From: Chitinophagaceae bacterium
GTDB taxonomy: Bacteria; Bacteroidota; Bacteroidia; Chitinophagales; Chitinophagaceae
Assembly: GCA_965279015.1 (NCBI GenBank)
Contig: OZ257130.1
Location: 575,723-639,722, forward strand
DNA: 64,000 nt
Direction: 5' to 3'
In this document: one piece after another, positions 39,196-49,474 of the stretch
Numbering within the stretch: position 1 is the stretch's first letter
How the letters are laid out: the number at the start of each line of letters is the position of its first letter
Notes under the pieces: model-generated
Database searches by the model: none
Told to the model about the DNA's origin: nothing
The model's input: the letters and a program-made list of their open reading frames with translations, nothing else
Made by a program: the position numbers and the translations under genes

Positions 39196-40434
39196 ATGAA
39201 AACGAATGGTACCCTAATAAACATCTTTAAGAGCATCCTTGCTTGTATTTTGCTCTTTATCTCCAGCGATACAATTGCTCAGCGGCTTAGATTTTCAAAT
39301 CCCGTTCTGGAAAGTGGAGTAGCCGGCACCGTTGGTGCAATCTATCGTTTCCCAAGTGTAAGGCAAAATGTGGATGCCCGCATTACCATTATTGATATTG
39401 TTGGAGGTTTGACGTTGACCAATATTGACCGAACTACAGATGGCTTCCAGGAAGCTTTTCAACCTGAATATACTATCCCTGCTTTAACAAATGGATATAT
39501 TGATTTTACGATCACTTTCGTAGTAGCCGGTAGTACCAGAACGCTAAACCAGGGGATATTAGAAGTATCGGGACTTGATATTGATGGACAGACAAGAAGC
39601 GGATTAAGACTTTTTGAATTTAACCGAATTGATATGGGTGGTGGTACCGTAGATTTTGATATGATGGGTGGAGAAATTATGGTAAGTAACCAGGGCACTT
39701 CTTATACTGCTACCAATATTACCGGTACACTCTTCGGATCTTCTGTAGATACATTAGCCACCCAGGTTATGTTTACGGTTAGTAGAAATGCTGTAGGCTC
39801 CTTTTCTTACCGTGTTGGTGCTAATAACTTAACAAACGGTAATGCTAACCGTTACGCAAGTTTATATTTTTCGCCCTTTGTTTATAATAATTCTTTTTTG
39901 TCTTCTAAATCACTGAAAGATTTTAAAGGAGTAAAAAAGACGAATAGTGTTGAATTGATCTGGAGCCTGATTGCTCAGAATGATATTAAGACAGTAGTAG
40001 TAGAAAAAGCAACTACCCCTAACTCGTTTAAATCAATTGGGGAAACCAATAATAACCAGGTCCATTTTACAGATAATAATTTCTCTAGCACCAGTTACTA
40101 TAGATTGAAACTTGTTTCATTCACCGGAGCTGTACAGTATAGTAATATCATTGTGATCCGTGGTGGAACTGCTGCAACTGACAATAGCTTTAAGGTTTAT
40201 CCCAGTGTGATGAGCAGCACCGCTACTGTTTCTGTAAATGCGGTAAAAGGACAGCAAGCTACGCTTCAATTGGTGGATCTGAACGGTCGTACCATCAGCC
40301 AGCAAAATCTTAACCTGCAACAGGGAAGTAATAATCTTTCGATTAATAAGCCAGCTAATATTACTTCAGGTACTTATTTAGCTGTTATTAAAGTGGATGA
40401 TACCATCCAATCACAAAAAATTATGATCCATTAA
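39196..40434 (+). CDS. T9SS type A sorting domain protein
   Basis: Signal peptide, beta-rich body, C-terminal VYPS...LVDLNGR...GTYLAVI...KIMIH. Confidence 0.85.
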   Translation: MKTNGTLINIFKSILACILLFISSDTIAQRLRFSNPVLESGVAGTVGAIYRFPSVRQNVDARITIIDIVGGLTLTNIDRTTDGFQEAFQPEYTIPALTNGYIDFTITFVVAGSTRTLNQGILEVSGLDIDGQTRSGLRLFEFNRIDMGGGTVDFDMMGGEIMVSNQGTSYTATNITGTLFGSSVDTLATQVMFTVSRNAVGSFSYRVGANNLTNGNANRYASLYFSPFVYNNSFLSSKSLKDFKGVKKTNSVELIWSLIAQNDIKTVVVEKATTPNSFKSIGETNNNQVHFTDNNFSSTSYYRLKLVSFTGAVQYSNIIVIRGGTAATDNSFKVYPSVMSSTATVSVNAVKGQQATLQLVDLNGRTISQQNLNLQQGSNNLSINKPANITSGTYLAVIKVDDTIQSQKIMIH

Positions 40435-40505
40435 TTCATAAACGCTTTCAAAGGTTTCCCAGAGCAATTACCGATTCGTTATTCCCAGACCCTTTCTCAA
40501 AAGCT

Positions 40506-40531
40506 AAACCGCAACGTAAGTTGCGGTTTTT
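40506..40531 (+). terminator. Intrinsic terminator
   Basis: aaaccgcaac-gtaa-gttgcggttttt. Confidence 0.8.
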
Positions 40532-40551
40532 GTTATTTGTAGGTATTCCCG

Positions 40552-40584
40552 AGGGTTCCGAACCTTCGAAAGGTTCGGAACCCT
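40552..40584. repeat. REP-like perfect hairpin
   Basis: agggttccgaacctt-cga-aaggttcggaaccct, 15-bp stem. Confidence 0.75.
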
Positions 40585-40608
40585 GCCAAATCAGTTACCA
40601 AAGCTATT

Positions 40609-42651
40609 TTATCGCTTAAACGGCGTATTTGTTATTGAGAAGAATGGTATATCAATAACTACTGAAAAGGTGAATACGCTCTTTGAGTTTACCACGGTAA
40701 ACTCGGTATCGTTAGAGTAAAATAGCTTTGGAGTCATTCGCCAGCCAGGACCAAATGCAATTGGAGTTTTAGGTATAGCAAAAAAAAGTTGAACACCTGG
40801 GGCAAATATGCTCTCTAATCTAACCTCTTGCTTCAATTCCTCATCATCCCCGTTTTTCAACCTATAGGAGGCAATAGAACCTACATCAATGACTGCAACA
40901 AATAGACTCACTGCGCCACCAAATTTTTTAGATAACCCTTTGCTTACTGATATACCAACGGGCGCATATACACCACTTCCTTCGTTAATATCCCATCCAT
41001 AGCCTATATAGCCGTTTACGGAAACATTGAAGAGAGATTTTTGCTTAATGGAATAGCTGCCTGCTGGTAATGCGGCCGCTTCAATGGCATTCTGAACGTC
41101 TTCAGCCGATTCAGCTTTAATAACAGATGCAAAGAAATTACCGTATTTCAAAATGCCTTCAATCACTTTTGGATCCATCAACTTCTTTTTAGCTACCGAT
41201 AGATTCGCTGCCACAATACTGTCTACAATTTTTTTCCCATTTTTAAGCAAATATTGTTTTAGCGACAAATCAGTACTTTTTGCAATGCTATCGGCAATTT
41301 TTGCATAGACTTTTAATGATGCCAGCTCCTCTGTATTGTCGAATAACTCATCGAGAATGTGAAAGAGGTCAGTCACCGCGTTATTATAATTCTTTGTGAA
41401 AATACTTTTATAGAGATCGTTCGAGTGGCGGGCGATAAGAATGTACTTATTGGCATTCAAACCTGGCTTAATTGTATTGGCAACCTTAAAGCCATAATCA
41501 ATAATACTGATAGCTTTATTGATGTACGTATAATAATCTTCATTGGCAAGAGACCCGTTTGGCAGTTTGCTTCTTAAATCAGTAATGGTACGATCAATGT
41601 CGTTTGCAAGCAAAGCGAAATTTTCTACCAAGGAAGCTACTTGAAGTATTGTTCCTTTTAACATAAGACTGTCAACATACTTCTTTACTGTTATGCTCTC
41701 TAAATTCACTGTGAAGGAAATGGATCCAGCCCGTTGATAAAACAGTCCAAGGAAAATGGTTAGTTCAACCCGACTGTTAACAAGTGAATTCAGTTCATCC
41801 AGTTTTATCCAGATATGATCGGCAGAATTACTCCGCAAGGTTTCGGAAATTATATTCAATAATTTCCAGGAGCTACCAAGATTGGGGTGAATTTCCTCCC
41901 ATTCATTCAATGCCGCCAGATGCTTTATCACTAAAGCAGGATTTATATTGTTGTCGGTAGAAGATTGTGATAATTCACTAACAATTTTTACCGATCGTAT
42001 CGCCAATCGAATTTCCGGAAGCTCTTTTAGAAGCTCCTGATATTTGGGTAAGTCAATTAGTTGATCCAATCCAACTATAAGATTTGACAAGTCTTTTTGG
42101 AAAGCTTCGCGCAAACTTTGTATAAGCTCTGCAAAACGATAGGTGGCAATATTCCCAAAAAATTCCGACGTCGCTGGAAACAGTATTTTGCATTCATCGT
42201 GTGAATCCAGAAATTTCTTTAACCGGTTAAAAAATGCAGCGTTTAATTCCTCTTTCCCTCTTTTAATCAAAAAACGGGCAATTCCATCTGCCAGGTTGGA
42301 AATACTGACTGTTGATGGAAGTGATTTGTTCTTTGACCCACCGCTAACCAAGTCTGCGGTGGCTCCGGCCATGAGTGAATCCAATTGAGCACCAATAAAT
42401 ATATTATCCAGGTAAAACGCAAAGATTTGACCCGTCGTTAGAGTATCATCTCGAAATGGTTCCGGTAGATATTCTTTTAGAATAGCAGCTAGTTTCTTAA
42501 TACTTTGCGTATCTTTTTTAAATGAAAATTTTGAGCCTTGTACTTCTATCAGCTCCCGAGTAATATCCTTCGTATCATAATATGCCAATTGAGAATATCC
42601 CGCATTTGCGATAAATAATATTGCAAGAATGGATAAGCAAAAATTTTTCAT
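40609..42651 (-). CDS. Uncharacterised secreted protein (helical body, beta-strand C-terminus)
   Basis: Signal peptide; ATGA overlap with the upstream S8 gene; amphipathic strands after AALPAGSYSIK. Confidence 0.8.
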   Translation of the reverse strand: MKNFCLSILAILFIANAGYSQLAYYDTKDITRELIEVQGSKFSFKKDTQSIKKLAAILKEYLPEPFRDDTLTTGQIFAFYLDNIFIGAQLDSLMAGATADLVSGGSKNKSLPSTVSISNLADGIARFLIKRGKEELNAAFFNRLKKFLDSHDECKILFPATSEFFGNIATYRFAELIQSLREAFQKDLSNLIVGLDQLIDLPKYQELLKELPEIRLAIRSVKIVSELSQSSTDNNINPALVIKHLAALNEWEEIHPNLGSSWKLLNIISETLRSNSADHIWIKLDELNSLVNSRVELTIFLGLFYQRAGSISFTVNLESITVKKYVDSLMLKGTILQVASLVENFALLANDIDRTITDLRSKLPNGSLANEDYYTYINKAISIIDYGFKVANTIKPGLNANKYILIARHSNDLYKSIFTKNYNNAVTDLFHILDELFDNTEELASLKVYAKIADSIAKSTDLSLKQYLLKNGKKIVDSIVAANLSVAKKKLMDPKVIEGILKYGNFFASVIKAESAEDVQNAIEAAALPAGSYSIKQKSLFNVSVNGYIGYGWDINEGSGVYAPVGISVSKGLSKKFGGAVSLFVAVIDVGSIASYRLKNGDDEELKQEVRLESIFAPGVQLFFAIPKTPIAFGPGWRMTPKLFYSNDTEFTVVNSKSVFTFSVVIDIPFFSITNTPFKR

Positions 42652-43778
42652 GGTATTTTAATTTTTGAAATTGCATTATTAATATTTATCAATCCGTATC
42701 CCTGTTTAATATCGAAGCCAGTGTCTGTACCGGTATCGTCGCAACTATTGATCAGAACATCAACACAATCAACAGTCAACTGATGTTTTTTAGCATAAGA
42801 AAGCATCAAAGCCAAACAACCAACCGTGAACGCTGTTGCAATGCTGGTTCCATTTTCAGCTTTTGTCGTTTGACCTATGTTTGTAGTTAACACAGATTTC
42901 CCAGGAGCAAGACATCTTAAATGATTACTCCAATTTGAGAAAGAAACTAAGTTGCCGGATTCATCGAATGCGCCTATAGACAAAAGCCCATTCTTCGCTG
43001 GAAAAGCTGGACTGTAGCATGAAGGAAAAGTATTGCGGTCTGGTGTATTTACACTTGCAGGGTTATGATTGTTGCCAATTGCGCTCACTATAATTTTCCC
43101 TGCACTAACCGCATCTTGAATAGCAGCTTTGAATAATGGATTATCAAGAGTGAAAGAATAGCTGATCGATATAATATCAACTTCTGGCAAAGAAGCTGCG
43201 AAATTAACCGCCCTTGTAAAGCCATCAAAATTTGTTTCACTTTGCTGTGGCGTTGCCCGGAGTATTAAAAGTTTCACATCAGGTGATACTCCAAATACCT
43301 TATCGGTTCCATTGGCACCAATGATGCCAGCCATTCTTGTTCCATGACCATTAATATCTTTTATTTCATTATCACCTAAAAAACTCCTCGAGGAGGGGTG
43401 AATATTTGAAAAGTCATTTCCAGGTTCTATTCCTGTATCTATTAATGCTACAGTAACTCCTTCACCCTTTGTTGAGAGCTCCTGCCATATAAAAGGTATA
43501 TCGAAACGCTTATGTCCCCAACTCATTTTTTCCGGAATGAAATGCGCCGTATCCAATCTCCGTCCGACCAGGGCACCCTGACTTACCCCCCCACTCCAAT
43601 AATAATTATCCGCTTCATCCCTCAGCCATATATCTATATCCCGGAACAAATCTCCTTTATACAATTTACCATCCACTTCAATTTCACTCCCTGGCGCAAT
43701 AAACTGGAAGCAGGGGGCATTCACACTTGGTTTACCCACGCGTACATTCAGGAATTTATCTTTGACTGTTACTTTCAT
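42648..43778 (-). CDS. S8 subtilisin-like serine protease with N-terminal SH3-like domain, no signal peptide
   Basis: Catalytic triad LIDTG / HGT / NGTSIA; N-terminal LNVRVGKPS...W...NYYWSGG. Confidence 0.9.
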   Translation of the reverse strand: MKVTVKDKFLNVRVGKPSVNAPCFQFIAPGSEIEVDGKLYKGDLFRDIDIWLRDEADNYYWSGGVSQGALVGRRLDTAHFIPEKMSWGHKRFDIPFIWQELSTKGEGVTVALIDTGIEPGNDFSNIHPSSRSFLGDNEIKDINGHGTRMAGIIGANGTDKVFGVSPDVKLLILRATPQQSETNFDGFTRAVNFAASLPEVDIISISYSFTLDNPLFKAAIQDAVSAGKIIVSAIGNNHNPASVNTPDRNTFPSCYSPAFPAKNGLLSIGAFDESGNLVSFSNWSNHLRCLAPGKSVLTTNIGQTTKAENGTSIATAFTVGCLALMLSYAKKHQLTVDCVDVLINSCDDTGTDTGFDIKQGYGLININNAISKIKIP

Positions 43779-44983
43779 TATCCTACTCTTTCAATTTTTT
43801 TGACCGTAACTGTTTTCCCTTTGGCTTCATCGGGATTTACAGAACTCCTCAGTTTTATCAATTTATTCAGCAGGTCAAACCAGAAAGGAGCACCAAAGGA
43901 AATAGCTAATGCTGTTAGTATCAGGCCAGGTATATTTGCCATCTTAGGCGTTCCGCCAAGCCCAAGCAAATCATTAACGCTCTTAATTTCTTTATCCATC
44001 ATATCGGTCGCTTGCTTATATAATGAATCAGCCATTTTCTTAGCTTCCGCATACTGGTTCTGCGTTTGGACCAGCGCTTCTTTCTTTTTGGCGGTATCTG
44101 GATTGTTTGTTTTTGTACTTAGCCGGTCAATCTCGGCTCTTGTTTCTTCCAGGTCTTTTACTAAGGTTGGATGAGCCTTAGTATAAGCATCCGCCTGCAT
44201 TACCAGTTGTTCTCTCAACTTAGGATCCCGATGAAGTTTTTTTATAATCGCAAGCGTATCTACATTGAAAAGGCCAGCGATGACCAACCCCAATCCAAGT
44301 GCAATGAGTTTGGTATACTTACGGTACCAGCCCGATGACCGATCCATCATTTCGTCAAACCACTTTTCAATATGCTCCTTGAACCTTTCCACATCGCCTT
44401 GTGCATCCACCCACATGGAATTCAGATACTCCCGGGTTTCACTGTTGAAGGATACCTGATTGTCCCAGGGAAGTGCTGCATTTTCTTTAAGGCTGTTTTC
44501 AATCTCTGTGCGATGACTCTCTCCCGGCTTTACGTTTTTCCCGCGTAATAAATCGATCATCACTTTTGCAAACGTGTCCCGGGATATATAGGAAGGTTTA
44601 GTAACGAGAACATTTGAATTCGAGAGAAATTTTATAAGCGGATGCTTATAAAATACGCTACTTACTTTGTAATTGGGTTGTTGATTTGCTGGGCCTGTTG
44701 CACCGTTTGCATCCTGAGGCACAATAAGTTTTTTCTTTGTCTTATCGGATTTAAATCCATCTGCGATGGTATAAAAGAACCCAAACAGGATATGTTTGAT
44801 TCTACCTTTCCTGGAAAGCCGGATATTATCATCCAGCATCCGGCGTAATGCCAGAAACAGTACCGCTGCCCGAAGCCCAATAAGAACAGCAATGAGTTCC
44901 TGAAGCAGGGTTGCTAATAAACTATATAGTAAATAAATAAAAACCAAACCAATTACTATATCAAGCACAATATTGTTAAACAT
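43778..44983 (-). CDS. Conserved uncharacterised membrane protein (LDxxIGL...HPLI...WFDxxMxR...GAPFWFD)
   Basis: N- and C-terminal TM segments; TAATG overlap with the S8 gene. Start reassigned to 44983 (MFNNIVLD). Confidence 0.8.
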   Translation of the reverse strand: MFNNIVLDIVIGLVFIYLLYSLLATLLQELIAVLIGLRAAVLFLALRRMLDDNIRLSRKGRIKHILFGFFYTIADGFKSDKTKKKLIVPQDANGATGPANQQPNYKVSSVFYKHPLIKFLSNSNVLVTKPSYISRDTFAKVMIDLLRGKNVKPGESHRTEIENSLKENAALPWDNQVSFNSETREYLNSMWVDAQGDVERFKEHIEKWFDEMMDRSSGWYRKYTKLIALGLGLVIAGLFNVDTLAIIKKLHRDPKLREQLVMQADAYTKAHPTLVKDLEETRAEIDRLSTKTNNPDTAKKKEALVQTQNQYAEAKKMADSLYKQATDMMDKEIKSVNDLLGLGGTPKMANIPGLILTALAISFGAPFWFDLLNKLIKLRSSVNPDEAKGKTVTVKKIERVG

Positions 44984-45285
44984 ATAGATAGATTTAGTAT
45001 TACTTTTCTCACCATTCTTCAACCGTACAACAAAACGCTTTTCAATGTTATAGTAATTCATGAGTTACCCTGAATTGGGTAGGGGAAACTCAAACACTAT
45101 TCAGTTTAGGGTAAATAGTAAAAAAGAATAAAAACAACTTTGTAAAGATGGGTAACCGCCTAATTTAATTAAGCAGTTTATTTACGGGATTTTCAACCGT
45201 TATTTCACGGGGTAGTGATTTAGACGTAAAAAAAAGGTGTATAGAAAACATATTAGCTTACTTAAATATAATCCAAAAATAAAAC

Positions 45286-45319
45286 TTCACCCATACTACT
45301 ATGTGGTAGTATGGGTGAA
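45286..45319. terminator. Perfect 14-bp hairpin (terminator or REP-like)
   Basis: ttcacccatactac-tatgtg-gtagtatgggtgaa, downstream of the barrel gene. Confidence 0.65.
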
Positions 45320-45446
45320 ATGAAGTGTAATAACAGGAATTCAGACTAGCTGGTAGCTAAATAAAGGTAACCATCTAACATTCTAATTATCGATGATTAA
45401 ACCTTTATCCGGAGCGATATTAATTTTAAAGGAGTAATTTTCTTGT

Positions 45447-48266
45447 TTAGCGCATTATCATCCTTGCCCCACCTGCGCTTCCCTGCCCCAACCCATTCTT
45501 ATTCAAACTATAGGTGAAACTCAGCAGGAAGAAGCGCTGCAGGTTGCGCTGGCGGATATCCTCAACGTAGTTTTGGTTGCTGTTACGACTAACCCCCACG
45601 TTCTTGTTCAGCATATCATAGGCTTTTAATTTCAGTTCTCCTCGATTGAACCGAAGGAATTGTTTACTGATACTGGCATTCCAGAAGGGAACTTTTGCAT
45701 TAAAACCATCAGACAACTGGTTATTGATAGTATAAACAAATTCGGTAGCGAAGAAAAAGTTCTTCGGTAATTGCCAGTCGAAGTCCGTAGTGTAATGCTG
45801 CGATAAATATTCAACATCACGGGCAGAAGAAAGCGTATAATTCGTTTTGTTGTAATTTATCCCACCGCCAACGGATAAATTCGCTTTTTCTCCTAAACGC
45901 AGGTCTAACCGGATATCCGGACCGGTACTGAACGTATTACTTGTATTTTCCTCCCCGTTTACAATTTGCTTATTACGGAAATAACCTGCGTTATTACTGA
46001 TATTGATTGTTCCCTTAATAGAAGTTATGGGAAATCCGAAACTGATATCTCCGTTCAGATTATAAACCCCGTTTACATTAACCGGGTGAGTGGTTTTAAT
46101 ATTGCCGAAATACACATCGTCGTTTACGATCTTATTATCCGTTTTAATCAGGTTGAGGAACATAAAAAGATTCCTGTTCTTGAAAGGGTTGATGCTGGTG
46201 AATTGCATTCGCATGATATGACTGAATTCCTGATCGAGACCCGGATTACCGATTTTTATATTAAGCGGATCGCTGTTGTCGGGTACAGGTTGCAATTGCG
46301 AAGGTGAAGGTTGATTGGTATTGGTAGCATAATTGACTACCAGACTACGATATCGTGTAAAATTATATTGCAGTCGCGCATTTGGCAACAGGTTATTGTA
46401 TTTTTTGTAGATAACGGAGTCTTTGATTCCGGAAATAATTTTCCCTTCCAGTTCTGCTTGTTGCCAGCTTACTCCCAGCGAATAATTATATTTCTTTTTT
46501 TGCGTACGGAGTCGCAGACCTGCCTGCAAATATCCATAGGTATTTTCATAGTCGTTGGTCAGTAAATTATTTAAATCATCGTATTTGCCGTTCTGCTTGT
46601 TATAGTCAAAGGTTTGTTTTTCCGCGATGCTGCGGGTATTGCTTTTACTGGTGCTAAGTTCTATCAGCGATCGTTTGAAAATCGGTTCGGTATAAGCTAT
46701 TCGTGCCGTATAGCCATTCAGGTCTCCATTGGTGTAATAGCGTTGATTGATAGAATCGGTACGCTGGAGAGCACCATTCAAATGATTATAAAATTTATTG
46801 ATCGACTCCAGGCTTCCTTCTCCATCGGTACTATTGATGCTATTCTGCAAACTAAGAGAGAAGGTGCGACCCTTGCGTCTGAATTTTTTCCGGAACAACA
46901 GATCATTCCTGAAATTAAACCCTCTATTGTTTCCCAAATTACGACTTACCCCTTCAACACTTTGCTGTTGGAGATCCGAAAAGTTTCCATAGTCCGAATA
47001 AGAACTGGTTTTTGCATCCTGATAGCCAAAAGAAGGAGTTATTTTGAGCGAATGAAATGAATCGATAATAATATCCGCGTTCAGGTTGAGCCGATGGCTA
47101 CCCGTAATATTATCTGTATAAGAATTCTGTTTGGAAAAATAAGTGGAGTCGGGTAAAAAGTATTGCCGCTGAGAATGAGATTCGGTTTGAGGATTATAAC
47201 GGCTGTAAAAATAATTGCTCTGGAAATCGGTTTTCTTCCCAATGATATTATTATAGTTGATTCCGCCCGCCTGTGTTGAAGTAATACCATTGTTGTTTCC
47301 CCCCATTCCACCCATAGCGGAAGCATCATTGCCACTCACTGTAATATTTATATTTCCTCCGCTGCCGCCCTGGCGAAGCCGATTGAGTTCGCCACTGAAA
47401 TTAAGCATGTCAAAAAAGGAGAATCCCTCCGCGTTGTCGTTATTGGCCATACCGATAGCGGAGAACTGGCGGGCTCCTTTAAACGAATTTACATTGAAGC
47501 GCCCTTCGTACCGATCTTCGGTACCGCCACCAGCCATTGCTTTACCAAACAATCCTTTCTTTTTGTCTTTTTTTAATTTGAGGTTGATGGTTTTTTCACT
47601 GTTCCCATCATCAAAACCGGTCAATTGTGCCTGGTCGCTCTGGCGGTCATAAACCTGCACTTTATCCACTGCATCAGCAGGCAGGTTACGGGTAGCAATC
47701 TTCGGATCATTGCCAAAAAACTCCTTTCCATCTACCAATACTTTATTTACCTTCTCGCCCTGCGCTTTTACTGTTCCGTCCTTTTCCACTTTAACACCCG
47801 GCAACTTTTTCAACAAATCCTCTACACTGGCATTGGGTTGTACTTTAAAGGAACCCGCATTATATTGAATGGTATCCGCGATCATGGTTACCGGTGGAGC
47901 TTCGGCCGTTACTACTACTTCAGCTAATACTTTGGCGGCATCATGAAAAACAAGGTTACCGAGATCAACTTCCTTCTTATTATCTGTAATGCTGAAATAT
48001 TTATTGCTGTTGTGGTAATTCACATGGGTGATAAGAAGCCGGTAATCACCGTTAGCAAGCCCGCGCATTTCAAATCGACCGTTATTATCCGTCATGGAAA
48101 ATGATACCAGGGAAGAGTCTTTACGTTGCAGGATGGTGAGCGTGGCCCCTCCTACCGGTTGTTTAGCCAGCGTATCCAGCAACAGGCCTTTTATAGAACC
48201 ATTCTTTTGGGCCGATGCGCCCAGGGAAATAATAACCAATAAGAGCAATGAGTAAAAATATTTCAT
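45447..48266 (-). CDS. Outer-membrane beta-barrel protein with N-terminal carboxypeptidase-regulatory-like domain (TBDR-like)
   Basis: Signal peptide, EDLLKKLPGV, LVDGKEFFG, C-terminal FLLSFTYSL. Confidence 0.88.
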   Translation of the reverse strand: MKYFYSLLLLVIISLGASAQKNGSIKGLLLDTLAKQPVGGATLTILQRKDSSLVSFSMTDNNGRFEMRGLANGDYRLLITHVNYHNSNKYFSITDNKKEVDLGNLVFHDAAKVLAEVVVTAEAPPVTMIADTIQYNAGSFKVQPNASVEDLLKKLPGVKVEKDGTVKAQGEKVNKVLVDGKEFFGNDPKIATRNLPADAVDKVQVYDRQSDQAQLTGFDDGNSEKTINLKLKKDKKKGLFGKAMAGGGTEDRYEGRFNVNSFKGARQFSAIGMANNDNAEGFSFFDMLNFSGELNRLRQGGSGGNINITVSGNDASAMGGMGGNNNGITSTQAGGINYNNIIGKKTDFQSNYFYSRYNPQTESHSQRQYFLPDSTYFSKQNSYTDNITGSHRLNLNADIIIDSFHSLKITPSFGYQDAKTSSYSDYGNFSDLQQQSVEGVSRNLGNNRGFNFRNDLLFRKKFRRKGRTFSLSLQNSINSTDGEGSLESINKFYNHLNGALQRTDSINQRYYTNGDLNGYTARIAYTEPIFKRSLIELSTSKSNTRSIAEKQTFDYNKQNGKYDDLNNLLTNDYENTYGYLQAGLRLRTQKKKYNYSLGVSWQQAELEGKIISGIKDSVIYKKYNNLLPNARLQYNFTRYRSLVVNYATNTNQPSPSQLQPVPDNSDPLNIKIGNPGLDQEFSHIMRMQFTSINPFKNRNLFMFLNLIKTDNKIVNDDVYFGNIKTTHPVNVNGVYNLNGDISFGFPITSIKGTINISNNAGYFRNKQIVNGEENTSNTFSTGPDIRLDLRLGEKANLSVGGGINYNKTNYTLSSARDVEYLSQHYTTDFDWQLPKNFFFATEFVYTINNQLSDGFNAKVPFWNASISKQFLRFNRGELKLKAYDMLNKNVGVSRNSNQNYVEDIRQRNLQRFFLLSFTYSLNKNGLGQGSAGGARMIMR

Positions 48267-48290
48267 GACAGTCTATTTTCCTTTCGAGTA

Positions 48291-48356
48291 CGAAAATATT
48301 CTGACTGTCATTAAAAATGGGTTAAGCAGGCTTGCTTTAATGTTAATAAAGGTTAA
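48291..48356 (-). promoter_or_regulatory. Second copy of the TTAAC-repeat operator plus -7-like TATTTTCG
   Basis: TTAACCTTTATTAACATTAAAGCAAGCCTGCTTAACCC; see 37988. Confidence 0.75.
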
Positions 48357-48426
48357 TGAAGAAGGTTTGGGGTTTAAGATTCTCGGGTGTAGCTGCCTTT
48401 ACCAGATCAATCTTGCTTTGAATGCT

Positions 48427-48529
48427 GTTTGGAGTTTGTAGTTCTTGAGTGTAACAGTTTGACTTAATTAAACCTGCATTAAATTGGGGATTTAGGGTTG
48501 AGACAACCCCAAACCCCAAACTACAAACT
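48427..48529. repeat. 7-mer (TACAAAC/CCCAAAC) inverted-repeat element
   Basis: gtttggagtttgtagtt ... aaccccaaaccccaaactacaaact. Confidence 0.75.
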
Positions 48530-48532
48530 TTA

Positions 48533-49075
48533 TCAATTCACCACAAGACCATCAACGTCCTTCTCATGTACACACAGTACGATTTTCCAACCGCTGGAGG
48601 CCTGTTTTAGACTTAGTTCTACTTTCAGTTTTTGTAATCCACCGTTAGCGGGCAGCAACTGAAAAGCTATGGTGGTACTCTTCTTATCTTCTGAGGGATA
48701 CTCGTATTTACCATTCAAAATTACCGGCGACATTCCTTCAATCTTCACAATAGTATTCTTGATATTGTCGAATACTTCCTTAAAGCGTTCCCTGGATTGA
48801 TCGAAACTACCGGATTCGAATAATTCCGATTTCCAGCTATACAATTCATTGTGCTGGGTAATTACACTTGGCATGGCGCCGGGCACTTCTATTTTGGAGC
48901 GATAATCAGTTTCCTGTTGGTTCACGCCTATTTTATCTCCTATAATGTTGCGGAACTTATTAGGATAATCTTCAATTACCTTCTGCAAGGCAGTGTTGGT
49001 CTTGTTGCTGAATACTCCCTGTGCCTCAGTAGCAAGGGAAGTCAACATCAACAGGATCAAAGAGGTGATTTTCAT
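48533..49075 (-). CDS. Hypothetical secreted protein
   Basis: Signal peptide from the reassigned start MKITSLILL (49075). Confidence 0.75.
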   Translation of the reverse strand: MKITSLILLMLTSLATEAQGVFSNKTNTALQKVIEDYPNKFRNIIGDKIGVNQQETDYRSKIEVPGAMPSVITQHNELYSWKSELFESGSFDQSRERFKEVFDNIKNTIVKIEGMSPVILNGKYEYPSEDKKSTTIAFQLLPANGGLQKLKVELSLKQASSGWKIVLCVHEKDVDGLVVN

Positions 49076-49474
49076 ACGGGGCGGATTTGCAATAAAACTA
49101 TAAAAACAGGGGGGTACCTGCAATAGGAAATATACTTCTGGCTTTTACACACAATAAAAGGGGTCGTTCGTCGTTACAAAGGGTAGCATTTTCGGAAAAA
49201 CCCAAAAACCAATATTCAATGCAAAAGAACTCAATGTATTACGATACGCACCGCACTAAGATGTGCAAAGACATTTACAGGCCCTCCTCTAATATTGTGC
49301 GTTTTTTCAAGAGCCTTATGTCAGTTTTAATTGTGGGTCATTCGCCTATCAGCGATACCTCTTATGCACGACGCAAACCTCATTAAAAAATAATTTTTAC
49401 TTACGTAACGTAAAGCACTTACCTCTGAAACCACAATTGTATGTGCTGGCCCTGCTGTAAAAGGCAGGGCTTTT

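Noticed and set aside
43512-44174. 220-aa plus-strand ORF and the other short overlapping ORFs in the track (e.g. 63306..63842, 22833..23303, 59855..60190)
   Set aside because: Antisense or out-of-frame shadows of well-supported genes, with no recognisable motifs.
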